Part shown: piece by piece, positions 10,877 through 21,384 of the stretch
Position numbering within the stretch: position 1 is the first letter of the stretch
Layout of the letters: the number at the start of each line of letters is the position of its first letter
The notes under the pieces: model-generated
What the model was told of the DNA's origin: nothing
What the model saw: the letters and a program-made list of their open reading frames with translations, nothing else
Databases searched by the model: none
Translations under genes and position numbers: made by a program
NCBI GenBank assembly: GCA_964501355.1
Contig: CAZCSM010000007.1
Span: forward strand, 1,096 to 65,095
DNA from: an uncultured Candidatus Saccharibacteria bacterium
Lineage (GTDB): Bacteria > Patescibacteriota > Dojkabacteria > CAZCSM01
DNA: 64,000 bases
Direction: 5' to 3'

Positions 10877-10904
10877 GTAGGGACAACCCTAGGGTTGTCC
10901 CTAC
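10877..10904. terminator. 28-bp palindrome GTAGGGACAACCCTAGGGTTGTCCCTAC immediately downstream of serS.
   Basis: Perfect palindrome. A near-identical copy (1 mismatch) sits at 45584-45611, immediately downstream of the DEAD-box helicase gene. Confidence 0.55.
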
Positions 10905-10920
10905 ATAATCACAATAGTTA

Positions 10921-12195
10921 TTAACCTATTTTATCTACCCCAACCCACTTTCTCAAAACCTCCGGAACGACAACACTTCCATCAGCTTGTTGATACTGCT
11001 CAACAATGGCAGGAAGAATTCTCGAGGTTGCAAGACCAGATGCATTAAGAGTATGAACGAATTCTTTTTTATCACCATCTTTTCTTCTGAATCGCATATT
11101 TCCTCTTCTTGCCTGGTAATCGCGAGCATTCGATGCCGAACTGACTTCTTTATAAATCTCCATGCTCGGGATCCAGATTTCAATATCAAAAGTCTTTGCC
11201 ATTCCAGCACTTGCATCACCTGCGGCAAGTTTCGAGACTTGATGATGAAGACCAAGACCTTGTACAAGCTTCTCTGCTTTATTAACAAGTTCATCAAATG
11301 CTGCATCAGAACCTTCCGGTGTTGTGTACTGGAACATCTCAACTTTATTAAATTGATGACCTCGTATCATTCCTCTCTCTTCAGATCGATAGCTTCCCGC
11401 TTCTTTACGATAACATGGTGTGTAGGCAAAGTATTTTTTCGGCAAATCTTCCTCTTCGAGAATTTCATCTCTATGAAAATTGATTAATGCCGTTTCCGCC
11501 GTTGGAAGAAGAAATTGAGTTTTTCCTTCTTCTCCTGTTTGTAGATGAAACACATCATCTTTAAACTTTGGGAATTGACCTGCCGTATATCCGCATTCAT
11601 AATTTAACAAATGCGGAGGAAGAATAAATTCATATCCATCAGCTAAATGCTGTTCAACGAAATAGTTAAGCAATGCCCATTCCAGAACAGAACCCATTCC
11701 TTTGTATAACCAAAACCCATTTCCACCCATTTTCACTCCGCGCTCATAATCGATAAGCCCAAGCTTTGTACAAAGCTCAACATGATCCTTCGGTTCAAAA
11801 TCGAATTCCGGTTTTTCTCCCCAAGTTCGAAGAACCTCATTATTTTCTTTTCCTCCGGCGACTACATCATCATCGGGAATATTTGGTAAAGAAGCCATGA
11901 AGGTCTGAATATTTTCTTCGAATTCTTTGATTTGTTCGTCACCATCTTTAATCTGATCACCAACGACTTTCATTTCTTCTAGAAGATCACCAATATCACG
12001 ACCTTCTTTCTTCATCGTAGGAATTTGTTTTGAAACTTCATTGCGGCGAGCCTTCATTTCATCAACCTCAGAAATCGTTTTTCTCCGTAAATAATCCCAT
12101 TCCAAAACTTCTGTGAAATCAACATGGTCCATTCGCTTCAGAAGTTTTTGTTTAACTTCATCTGTATGTTCTCTAATTAAATTTATATCTAACAT
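10921..12195 (-). CDS. serS: Seryl-tRNA synthetase.
   Basis: N-terminal coiled-coil arm (MLDINLIREHTDEVKQKLLKR...), class II core, and C-terminal HTLNASGLATSRILPAIVEQYQQADGSVVVPEVL. Confidence 0.9.
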   Translation of the reverse strand: MLDINLIREHTDEVKQKLLKRMDHVDFTEVLEWDYLRRKTISEVDEMKARRNEVSKQIPTMKKEGRDIGDLLEEMKVVGDQIKDGDEQIKEFEENIQTFMASLPNIPDDDVVAGGKENNEVLRTWGEKPEFDFEPKDHVELCTKLGLIDYERGVKMGGNGFWLYKGMGSVLEWALLNYFVEQHLADGYEFILPPHLLNYECGYTAGQFPKFKDDVFHLQTGEEGKTQFLLPTAETALINFHRDEILEEEDLPKKYFAYTPCYRKEAGSYRSEERGMIRGHQFNKVEMFQYTTPEGSDAAFDELVNKAEKLVQGLGLHHQVSKLAAGDASAGMAKTFDIEIWIPSMEIYKEVSSASNARDYQARRGNMRFRRKDGDKKEFVHTLNASGLATSRILPAIVEQYQQADGSVVVPEVLRKWVGVDKIG

Positions 12196-12432
12196 TGTAA
12201 TAATCGTTCTAAATTAAAAATAAAAATTATTCTTCGAGTGACCCGATGGAAATCGGGGGAATCGAGAAGTTTACAAGTTCTCGACTACGCTCGAACAGTA
12301 ATCATCAGCCCCAAGACCAGTCCTCCCTAACAAATAGAGTATATCTTTTCAAAGCAAAATCAAAGTTATTTTGTTTTAAGTTATAATTTAATAAACGCAT
12401 TTCAAAAAATGATACTTATTATTATCTCATTG

Positions 12433-12662
12433 TGTCATCCTCCGAACGTGTACTGAGCTTGTCGAAGTATGGAGAATCGGACACTATTTTTTATGTCAGA
12501 TTCTCTCTTCAGAGAATGACACGAAAAAATCCCAAACAAAAAATCGTCCCCAAATTGCAAAACATTAATTCTACAATTTAAGGACGATTTAGGTTTGTCA
12601 TGCTGAACTCGTTTCAGCATCTCGAATACTTACGGGATCCTGAAATAAATTCAGGATGACAC
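12433..12662. repeat. Cluster of three REP-like hairpin units in the serS / cys-repeat gene intergenic region.
   Basis: Units at 12433-12484, 12494-12522 and 12597-12662, each with GTCAT...ATGAC-type termini and internal perfect stems (gattctct/agagaatc; atgctgaa/ttcagcat; atcctgaa/ttcaggat). Confidence 0.5.
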
Positions 12663-12859
12663 TTCATTTCGTGGTGCCACCTTTATTCATTTTCCTTCTT
12701 GCGAAAAGAAAACCTTTGGCGAAAATCTTTAGTTTTACAAATTGAACGGATTCGATGAAATGTTAATTCTCAGTAAACATTAACTTTCTCAAGGTTCATC
12801 TACTATTTTCAATTCACTTAACGGATTGTATCTTGAAAAGCGATTAATTGCAAATACCG

Positions 12860-15232
12860 TTAATCAAATGGTTGACTCGGAGAAGTCGAAAGAGCTGCAG
12901 CCGATTTCTTTTGCACCAGGATATTCTTCTTAATGACGGAACCTTCTTTCGATACGGAAAACTCCACTTCCCCCGAAGATTCATATTTATCCGAGTCTGC
13001 TGTTATCACATAATTACCTTCATCAAGAATAAAACCAAATCGTCCCGAATTATCACTAACCTGGGTATTGATTAGCTTATTATCTTTTGTATCAAATAAT
13101 CGGACAAATACTCCCGACACCCCATTATTATCAGCCAAAGTTAATACTCTGCCCCAGTCACGCCAGTATAATCGCTTAATTATAACAACAAGTGTTATTA
13201 CGGCAACGTTAACTAACAATATACCGAAATTAAGAATAGATGGATTCACTGCAAGAGAAAGTATAATTAAAATCACACCGATAATATTTATGATTAAGCC
13301 GAGTCCAATAGTAAACAACTTTAATTTATCAAGAATAGTTAATACTGAACCTCTCTTTGCCATAAATTTATACTGCATAGGAATATCGTACGCTATCGTC
13401 CTACTTTCTCTAAAATTGATAGCTCCTCCCAGATATTTTCCTAAAAGATCTTTGCCTGCGGAAGTTTGGTTGACCATTTGGTAATCGGAATGTTCAACGA
13501 CCAACTTATATGAGCCTTCGAAAGCATTGAATCTATACCGTCCATCCAAATCTGTAACGGTTTCATCTAAAACATTTCCGCTAGACGCATCCAATAGACG
13601 AACAACAGCGAACGCAATAGGCCTGTTGTTGTTAGCATAATCATATACAACCCCCCAACCTGTTTTGCGCTTCTTCCTATCGAAGATTACTCCCATTAAT
13701 GTAGAAGTGTGGGTAAGAACGTTTCCTGGACCTCCGAGGAAAAGGGCCGTGGTAACAAATTGCGTGATAAGCGTAGCTCCCACGAAGACTGTTAATTCTT
13801 CATCAATTTCATCAACAATCGCAAGCGCCTTGTCAAAAATAGATGACTGGCCTGATTCATCGTCTCCGGTTAATGGCAGTTCTTCGATATCACTTCCTAT
13901 CTTTGATTTCTCAAATAGACAAACATTACTGCAACCGTCGCTATTATACTGGTTACCATCATCACATTCTTCATCACCACGAACGTTTCCATCACCACAG
14001 TATCCATTAACTTCCGTATAACAAACATTACTACAACCATCTCCATTTAACTGGTTACCATCATCACATTCCTCATCATCCTGCAAAACATTGTCACCGC
14101 AAAAAGCATAGGTCTCTACACCACAAACAACTGAACAACCATCTCCATTCCCGCCATTTCCATCATCACAACCTTCTTCCCGATTTTCTGTAAAGTTTCC
14201 ACAAAGATTTATTTTACAGTTTGCAGAACAACCATCCATATTGCTATGATTGCCATCATCGCATTCTTCTTCATTATTAATTATTCCGTCACCACAATAT
14301 GGAGTGACCTCTTCCTGACAGATAATACTGCAACCATCTCCATTTAATTGATTTCCATCGTCACATTCTTCTCCACCCTCAACCTTCCCATTACCACAAA
14401 ACTCAAGGTACTCAGGAATACACACAGTACTACACCCATCTCCAGATACATAATTGCCATCATCACAATCCTCATCATTTAGAATAAAACCATCTCCGCA
14501 ATATTCATAATTCGTTTCAACACGACAATGCCTATTGCAACCATCGCCATCTTCGCTATTTCCATCATCACAAGTTTCACTGCCGTTTAAAATATTATCT
14601 CCGCAAAAAGGCTCAACAATACATACTACGCTACAGCCATCTCCATTGTTCTGGTTGCCATCATCGCACTCTTCTCCGGAATCTATGTCTCCGTCTCCAC
14701 AGTAAGGAGGATAAGGCTTTTCTACTACGCAAATATTGTTGCAGCCATCGCCGTTGAGCTGATTACCATCATCACAAAACTCACCGCTGGAAATAATTTC
14801 ATCACCACAATATAAGTCGGATGGCTCAATAAAACAGGTCAGAGAACAACCATCACCACTTTCCTGATTCCCATCGTCACAGGTTTCACCCAAGTTCAAA
14901 TCTCCATCCCCACAATAGCCAATTATCTCAATACTGCATCTATTACTACATCCATCTCCATTGACCTGATTTCCATCATCACAGGATTCTCTATAACCAA
15001 CTTTTCCATCACCACAATATTCAAGAGGTTTCTCCAATTTGCATAAGGAACTACATCCATCACCGTTAAAGGTATTTCCATCGTCACATTTTTCACTGGT
15101 TTCGATTATTCCATTTCCACAACCCGAGACTGGAACAGGAGGCGGTGGAAGAGAATCCTCATCCTGACATGTGCTTGAACAACCATCTCCATTTGATTGA
15201 TTTCCATCATCGCATTCTTCGCCCTCATTCAA
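12860..15232 (-). CDS. C-terminal part of a giant surface protein (frameshifted). Myxococcus cysteine-rich repeats (CxxGxxECDDGNxxNGDGCSxxC) x ~17; LPLTGDDE motif; TM; CarbopepD_reg-like domain; 2-TM hairpin; second CarbopepD_reg-like domain.
   Basis: Highly regular cysteine repeats matching the Myxo_disulf_rpt pattern. The C-terminal module is homologous to that of the 3911-aa protein. The listed start is a TTG; the frame stays open upstream to 15316. Confidence 0.7.
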   Translation of the reverse strand: MNEGEECDDGNQSNGDGCSSTCQDEDSLPPPPVPVSGCGNGIIETSEKCDDGNTFNGDGCSSLCKLEKPLEYCGDGKVGYRESCDDGNQVNGDGCSNRCSIEIIGYCGDGDLNLGETCDDGNQESGDGCSLTCFIEPSDLYCGDEIISSGEFCDDGNQLNGDGCNNICVVEKPYPPYCGDGDIDSGEECDDGNQNNGDGCSVVCIVEPFCGDNILNGSETCDDGNSEDGDGCNRHCRVETNYEYCGDGFILNDEDCDDGNYVSGDGCSTVCIPEYLEFCGNGKVEGGEECDDGNQLNGDGCSIICQEEVTPYCGDGIINNEEECDDGNHSNMDGCSANCKINLCGNFTENREEGCDDGNGGNGDGCSVVCGVETYAFCGDNVLQDDEECDDGNQLNGDGCSNVCYTEVNGYCGDGNVRGDEECDDGNQYNSDGCSNVCLFEKSKIGSDIEELPLTGDDESGQSSIFDKALAIVDEIDEELTVFVGATLITQFVTTALFLGGPGNVLTHTSTLMGVIFDRKKRKTGWGVVYDYANNNRPIAFAVVRLLDASSGNVLDETVTDLDGRYRFNAFEGSYKLVVEHSDYQMVNQTSAGKDLLGKYLGGAINFRESRTIAYDIPMQYKFMAKRGSVLTILDKLKLFTIGLGLIINIIGVILIILSLAVNPSILNFGILLVNVAVITLVVIIKRLYWRDWGRVLTLADNNGVSGVFVRLFDTKDNKLINTQVSDNSGRFGFILDEGNYVITADSDKYESSGEVEFSVSKEGSVIKKNILVQKKSAAALSTSPSQPFD

Positions 15233-15297
15233 ATCTCCATCTCCGCAATAATATTCTTCTGATTCCTCTTCACAAACATTACTGCAACCATCTCCAT

Positions 15298-18200
15298 TTA
15301 CTTCATTATCATCACATCACATTCTTCTCCGGTTTCAACTATTCCGTTTCCGCAAACTGAACCAGATGGTGTTTCTTCATCCAGACAAACACTGGAACAT
15401 CCATCTCCATTCGATTGATTTCCGTCATCACACTCTTCACCATCATTTACGTCTCCATCCCCGCAATAATATTCTTCTGATTCCACTTCACAAATATTGC
15501 TGCATCCATCTCCATTGATTTGATTACCATCATCACATTCCTCACCAAGATCCAGATCTCCGTCTCCACAATAAGGTTCCAATTCGCAAAGTGAAGAACA
15601 GCCATCACCATTAGCAGTATTCCCATCATCACATTCCTCTCCTAAGTTCAAATCACCATCACCACAACTGCTGATTGTAAAATCATATTCATATACCCCG
15701 GAAATATTTCCCCAGAAATCAGTAACGGTGAACTCTACAGAATGTGAGCCAACAGGTAATGGTTCTGATAAATCACAGGTAAAATCTTCTTCTAACGAAT
15801 CGAAATCACCATCGTCTGCTTCGCACGAACCAGAAACAGGATCACTATAAACAGTAAATAGGACTGAACTTATCGCACTCAAGGTATCTGTTGCCGTACC
15901 GGTGAAAGAAGGCGAAGGTACAGAATATATGCTTTCAACCTGCATACCCGAAAGATTTGGAGCCTCATCATCGATTTCGTAACGACGCCAAAATAAAGAT
16001 GTATGATCGATATGTTGTTCCAACGGATCGCCTTCGAAGTAAGTACGATAATGTATGAAATCAACCTGATTATCATCTATTGTAATATCTAAAGGAGCAA
16101 CTGTTAGCGGAAAAACCAATACCTCTGAAAGTACCTTCCCCGCGATATATCCCCCATCCAAGTTTAGTAATGAGAACCACGGACTACGATGAGTACCGGA
16201 GGCAGATTCGATATTATTGCCGGAATTGGAGTTCAAATCTATATCAGTCCCGGTTATATAACCCCCAATAGCTAAAACAGGATTAGAATTGTAAACTCCA
16301 ATAGAAATGGATTTTGCACTAGAAATGTCATCTTCTTCATCATCTCTCCCGAAAGCAGACGTCCATCCATATGTGCCATCGTAATTTATCCTTGTAACGA
16401 AAGGGTTGAAACAAGTTTCATCGCCTACAGAGCAAAAATTGGGATAGGTATCATTATATGGCATCTCGGCAAAGTCAGCAGCAAAGTTAACTACTGCATC
16501 GTCATTCCCATAACCACCTGATAAATAAATATTAGATTCAGCATCAAGGGTCATATCGTTAATACTAGCATCCTCAATAATTCTCACCCAATCTAACTGA
16601 TAATCAGAATTATATTTAGCTGCAAATCCTGCCCCAACTGCAGAGGTCTTGTTTTCAACCCCTATACCAGGATCAAAGTCTATTGTTCCGGAAAAACCTC
16701 CAGCAACATATATATCGTCATCTGAATTAACCTTTACTTTTAATATTCGTGAAAGAGACGATTCAACACTATTGGAAAATAATTCTGTCAATGAACCACT
16801 AGACGCATCTACCTCATAGACTGTCATAAAAGAGGATAGCCCTTCAATCTTACTACCCGATGTGAATAATTTCGATTCACTAGAATTCAAATCTAATCCG
16901 TCAAAACCCCAGGAAGTTTCATCATTTGAAGAAACCCAGAGTAAATCACCATCCGATGAAAACTTATTTACATATGCGCCTCTTTTTCCCGAAATAACTG
17001 AAATTAAGCTTTCCCCCGAACCTGGATCACAATCACAAGTACTATAAACACCGGGAGCAAAATAGCGACCAAACTGTCCACTAACATATATGTTATCATT
17101 ACTATCAATCACAACAGAATCGGGTTCAGCAGTACAATTAGAATATTCACCGACAATAATCTTTGACCACATATACTCACTATCAGAATTGTATTTGCTC
17201 AGGAAAACTTCAAAATTATTATCCTCAGAATTGGAGAAGATATCTTCGCCAGCCGTAAAATCAAGATCATTCGTACCTTCAAAATAACCAACCATATAGA
17301 TATTACCATCATCATCTTTTGCGGAATCCATAACAATAGCGCCATCATTTTCATATTCTTGTATCTGGACAACGTTTTTGTAAATAAGACTATCTTGTGC
17401 TGTCTTATCATATTTTACAATAAAAGCATCATTCGAAGTGCCTGCAGTATTTATTTCAACACCATCTCCTGAATCGAAATCTATAGAACCCGAGTAGAAT
17501 CCGTATAGGGACAAGTCTTCATCAGTTAGACTATTTATTAAATTGGGATAATAGAGAGGCAGAAGCTCAACATTTACAAAACCATGATTAGAATCGAACT
17601 GTGCTATAAAGCCCGTAATTGATGTTGGACTAGCTTGTAAAAGCTCTCCATCACCCGGATCCCAATCTATCGCCGATTGTAATCTACCGGAAACGAAAAA
17701 TGATCCGTCAGAATGGAATGCGAACCTTGATGAGAGCGGATAAGAGAATGAATAGTCTTGAGATATAGCACCTTCTACACCAAATGTTTTTACATAGAAA
17801 GTATATTGATTGGGAACACCTTCATAATATGGACCGTATAGCAGTAATTCATCTATCTCTGAAAGGTATTTTATATCCGTAACGTTGGTCTTCTCTATTT
17901 CCTCAATCCAATTAATATTTGCATCCGCGTCAAACTGCATTAGAAAAACCGAGTACCCGGCATTCGTAATAAGGTCCTCTCCAACGCCCCAATCAAAATC
18001 CATATCAGCATTGAATTTGCCGGATAGATATAAATTCCCATCAACATCTACCTCCAGATAATCGGCATAAATATTTCCTTCCGTTGCTCCAAGAGGAACA
18101 GTACCCAAAGATCTGCCCCAGACAAATGTTGCGTTTGTGGCGGAATATTTTCCAACAGCTGAATGACCGAATTCATTTGGATTTTCCTGTATGTCTTCCC

Positions 18201-18828
18201 CCAGCCCCGGATCCATATCTATTTCCGTTCCGTAAAATTCCGTTGTTAGGTATACATAACCATCGTATTCCACTGAGGAATATATTTCTTCGTAGCTATT
18301 TCCATCTAGAGTTATTGTCCAAGCATAATCACCATTGGAAAGTAGTTTAAGAAGAAAACCGTCATAATCACCAGGAACGGATGTTCGGATATCTTCTGAT
18401 ACACCTGTATCAAAATCTACAGAATCATAAAAGGCACCGGAAATATAAATGTTATCATCAGGGGATATGTAAATATCATTCGGCCAGAGATCTCCATCGG
18501 CGGAGGTTTCTACGAATTTAAACCAGATAATCTCACCGTTCTCATCAATCTTATTAATATACAGACATGTGTTTGTACAGGTGTATGTATCGTTCGTACT
18601 TTTATCAATGACTATTTCATCCCCATACAAATATCCGACGACGATTGTGTTATTTTCTGAATCTAGACTGCTAAGACCATTGTAATCGTAAGCACTAGTA
18701 CTGATGGAATTTACCCATTCGTAGTATATTTCGTCAGCGGCAAATGTAACTGATGTTGAAATCAACCCGAAGAACGCAAGACTTATTATCAAAAGGATTA
18801 TTTTTCCGAGTTTATACTTCATTTGCAA
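15298..18828 (-). CDS. N-terminal part of the same giant surface protein: signal peptide, SBBP-type beta-propeller repeats, Ig-like region, then the first cysteine-rich repeats. It ends at a frameshift.
   Basis: Signal peptide [30 protein letters not shown]. Many DFD-x-G...Y motifs of SBBP (seven-bladed beta-propeller) repeats. The last ~120 aa are the same cysteine-rich repeats as the downstream ORF. Removing the 2-bp 'tg' at ~15312-15316 restores ...[15 protein letters not shown]... in the frame of 12860..15232. Confidence 0.7.
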   Translation of the reverse strand: MQMKYKLGKIILLIISLAFFGLISTSVTFAADEIYYEWVNSISTSAYDYNGLSSLDSENNTIVVGYLYGDEIVIDKSTNDTYTCTNTCLYINKIDENGEIIWFKFVETSADGDLWPNDIYISPDDNIYISGAFYDSVDFDTGVSEDIRTSVPGDYDGFLLKLLSNGDYAWTITLDGNSYEEIYSSVEYDGYVYLTTEFYGTEIDMDPGLGEDIQENPNEFGHSAVGKYSATNATFVWGRSLGTVPLGATEGNIYADYLEVDVDGNLYLSGKFNADMDFDWGVGEDLITNAGYSVFLMQFDADANINWIEEIEKTNVTDIKYLSEIDELLLYGPYYEGVPNQYTFYVKTFGVEGAISQDYSFSYPLSSRFAFHSDGSFFVSGRLQSAIDWDPGDGELLQASPTSITGFIAQFDSNHGFVNVELLPLYYPNLINSLTDEDLSLYGFYSGSIDFDSGDGVEINTAGTSNDAFIVKYDKTAQDSLIYKNVVQIQEYENDGAIVMDSAKDDDGNIYMVGYFEGTNDLDFTAGEDIFSNSEDNNFEVFLSKYNSDSEYMWSKIIVGEYSNCTAEPDSVVIDSNDNIYVSGQFGRYFAPGVYSTCDCDPGSGESLISVISGKRGAYVNKFSSDGDLLWVSSNDETSWGFDGLDLNSSESKLFTSGSKIEGLSSFMTVYEVDASSGSLTELFSNSVESSLSRILKVKVNSDDDIYVAGGFSGTIDFDPGIGVENKTSAVGAGFAAKYNSDYQLDWVRIIEDASINDMTLDAESNIYLSGGYGNDDAVVNFAADFAEMPYNDTYPNFCSVGDETCFNPFVTRINYDGTYGWTSAFGRDDEEDDISSAKSISIGVYNSNPVLAIGGYITGTDIDLNSNSGNNIESASGTHRSPWFSLLNLDGGYIAGKVLSEVLVFPLTVAPLDITIDDNQVDFIHYRTYFEGDPLEQHIDHTSLFWRRYEIDDEAPNLSGMQVESIYSVPSPSFTGTATDTLSAISSVLFTVYSDPVSGSCEADDGDFDSLEEDFTCDLSEPLPVGSHSVEFTVTDFWGNISGVYEYDFTISSCGDGDLNLGEECDDGNTANGDGCSSLCELEPYCGDGDLDLGEECDDGNQINGDGCSNICEVESEEYYCGDGDVNDGEECDDGNQSNGDGCSSVCLDEETPSGSVCGNGIVETGEECDVMIMK

Positions 18829-18894
18829 TATTTAAAACGGTAAATATTTACCTTATATAAAAGTATCAAATACTCGTGTTTTATACAATGAATA

Positions 18895-21312
18895 TCAAAG
18901 AGATGCCGTTAAATTCCTTCTTCGTGTCATTCTCCGAATGGAGAATCTAACATTAAGATATTTATAATTGATTATCAAATATAACCCTATTATGAATTGG
19001 AATATGATTCCGCTTCCCGTCTGAGGTAATACCTCTTCAATCCCAAGTGTAAACTCACTCGATGCTACGTTTCCTGCTGGATCTGTTGTCGTGATTTGTA
19101 CTAGATATGTTCCCACTCCTAATACAGACCCTAGGTCTAACTCCCAGTTACCATCTTCTCCTACTGTTATTTCTGTCTCATATACTATTGTTCCTTCCTC
19201 CGTCAATGCTGTGATTGTTACTACTGTACTCTGTTCTGCTGTACCTCTTACTATTACCGGTTCTCCTTCTGCTCTTGTATATCTTTCCTGTGTTTGTTGA
19301 TATGTTAGGTGTGTTAGATCAAGAGTAAGTAATGCAGAGGTTTTTAGAATAATAGTATCGTTAACTACTAGTGATTCATTTCCTGCATTATCTTTAAACT
19401 TTGCATATACTGTCTTACTCCCATCTCCTGATGGTAAGGACCAAGTCTTTGTTGTATCGTATGATTCCCAACTTGCTCCTGTAAAGGTTGAACTATCTGA
19501 AATCAACATTTGGGAGACTCCCGAAAGATTGTCGGTTGCAGAAAGGTTGAGAGTAACTTCTCTGGTATTGGTATATGCATCTCCCCCATTGATAGTGAAA
19601 CTTCCTGCAGGAGAATGAGTATCTAGTGTAAAAACATCATTCCCATACAATACAGCTGGCATATATACTCCATTATTATCTTTAGTTCTTACATAAATAG
19701 TATGTATTCCCTCTGATAGACTAGAGATATCACAAGAGAATTCTTCGGATGATGAATTAAAAATTCCATCCGCTGCGCTACAACTAGTCCAAAGACCTCT
19801 CACATTGTTTCCGGTTGACCATTCCACAGCTGCAATAGTGTAACCAGGTATTATATCGATAACTGTTCCTAAAATTGAAGAATTAACAGATGTATTAGGA
19901 AAAGATATGGTAGGATTACCATGACCTACTTCATAAATATACACCCTTCCTGCAGCTTGAATTCCATCGTCCGATAGTGCTTGTCCTATATATAGATCTT
20001 TCCAATCATCACCATCCATATCTCCTGAACCTACTACATTCCCAAAAGATCTATTGGGTATTCGAGAAGAAATTGTTAAATCCGCTGTAGTGTCAAAATC
20101 TCTAGTTCCATTACCTAAATAAATGTTTACATATCCATCCTGAGATCCTGATACTTGGTAAGCTCCAACTACAAGATCCATATTACCATCATTGTTAAAA
20201 TCATCTACAACTATGCTTCGACCAAAATTATCATTTGCATTAGCTCCATAAATAGTAAAACCTTCATTAGTAATTCCAAGAGAACCCAAGTCTACATTAA
20301 CCCCATCTTTTAAATCAGTAGTAGAAAACACACATTGGACTATTCCTACGTTTTCATAAGGATTATCGTATTCATATGTCCCTACACAAAAATCATCTCT
20401 TCCATCATTATCTATATCTTTTAATTGAATCTTGCCTCTTCCAATCCTATCCCATGTTTCTTCAGCCGTAAACTTAACATCATAAGTGGCATCCATGTTT
20501 TCACCACCGAAGAAAATAAATTTTTCGTTACCCCAATTCGGCTCTCCAACAACAACATCATCATATCCATCTCCATTAAAATCCCCAGACGTTAGTCCGT
20601 TATAACTAAGCATAGAAGCACTCACAACTCCAAGAGTAAGATCAGATGTAGTACTAACATTTTTAGTTCCATTTCCATAATAAACATTCGCTACACCTTT
20701 ATTACTATTTGCAAACATAGAACCAATGACAAAATCAATATAACCATCACCATTAAAATTTCCTGAAGTACTGCTAACACCTGTTGCCCGTAGATCTGTT
20801 AAATTTCCTTCAAATTCTACATCTGCCCCCTCAGCTACTGTAATATCTCCTCCCCAATCAGATGAACCCCAAAAAATCCAAGCCTTACCTTCATTTCCAT
20901 TTAAAGTAATATCATATCCCCATTCCCCCCCAAGAAAATCTAACCATCCATCATTATCAAAATCCCCAATAGCATAATCAGTATCTGCAGCAGGAAATTC
21001 ACCAGCTCCTGTAATAGTAATATCAGCATCAGTGTCAAGAATTTCTCCTCCAAAATATACATATAACCTATGCTGTTTTACTGCAGAAATTAATAAATCT
21101 TCATAGCCATCATTATTCATATCTCTAGTCATAGGTTCTCCAGATCCCCCAAACCAAGTTATCGAAGATTCTCCTCCACTAACGGTCCCTAGATAATCAA
21201 AATCTATAGCCGCATTAACCTTTCCTACAGCAAGAAAGGCAATTGCACCGACAACCATTACCGAAACAGCAACAAAAGTGAAAGCTTTTATTTTCCTTCT
21301 GAATTTTGTCAT
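18895..21312 (-). CDS. FG-GAP repeat / Ig-like surface protein with a C-terminal LPQTG sortase sorting signal.
   Basis: Signal peptide. At least 6 FG-GAP calcium-binding motifs (DFNGDGYIDFVIG, DFDNDGWLDFLGG, DFNGDGYDDVVVGE, DIDNDGRDDFCVG, DFNNDGNMDLVVGA, DMDGDDWKDLYIGQ). Ig-like domains. The C-terminus is LPQTG, a hydrophobic stretch, then RRMTRRR. Confidence 0.7.
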   Translation of the reverse strand: MTKFRRKIKAFTFVAVSVMVVGAIAFLAVGKVNAAIDFDYLGTVSGGESSITWFGGSGEPMTRDMNNDGYEDLLISAVKQHRLYVYFGGEILDTDADITITGAGEFPAADTDYAIGDFDNDGWLDFLGGEWGYDITLNGNEGKAWIFWGSSDWGGDITVAEGADVEFEGNLTDLRATGVSSTSGNFNGDGYIDFVIGSMFANSNKGVANVYYGNGTKNVSTTSDLTLGVVSASMLSYNGLTSGDFNGDGYDDVVVGEPNWGNEKFIFFGGENMDATYDVKFTAEETWDRIGRGKIQLKDIDNDGRDDFCVGTYEYDNPYENVGIVQCVFSTTDLKDGVNVDLGSLGITNEGFTIYGANANDNFGRSIVVDDFNNDGNMDLVVGAYQVSGSQDGYVNIYLGNGTRDFDTTADLTISSRIPNRSFGNVVGSGDMDGDDWKDLYIGQALSDDGIQAAGRVYIYEVGHGNPTISFPNTSVNSSILGTVIDIIPGYTIAAVEWSTGNNVRGLWTSCSAADGIFNSSSEEFSCDISSLSEGIHTIYVRTKDNNGVYMPAVLYGNDVFTLDTHSPAGSFTINGGDAYTNTREVTLNLSATDNLSGVSQMLISDSSTFTGASWESYDTTKTWSLPSGDGSKTVYAKFKDNAGNESLVVNDTIILKTSALLTLDLTHLTYQQTQERYTRAEGEPVIVRGTAEQSTVVTITALTEEGTIVYETEITVGEDGNWELDLGSVLGVGTYLVQITTTDPAGNVASSEFTLGIEEVLPQTGSGIIFQFIIGLYLIINYKYLNVRFSIRRMTRRRNLTASL

Positions 21313-21384
21313 TACAACTTTCGTGAAATTATCACATACAAATTTTGATATTTAGAAACTTTTTTATTCATAATTCTACTTAAA

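Noticed and set aside
12196-12432. T-box or other riboswitch leader upstream of serS (and of lysS at 39321-39378).
   Set aside because: The hairpin cccgatggaaatcggg is present, but the conserved T-box sequence (AATTAGGGTGGNACCGCG) and the specifier/antiterminator architecture are absent. The lysS leader is too short.
12435-12620. 61-aa ORF in the serS-upstream intergenic region.
   Set aside because: It falls entirely within the REP-like hairpin repeats and is not coding.
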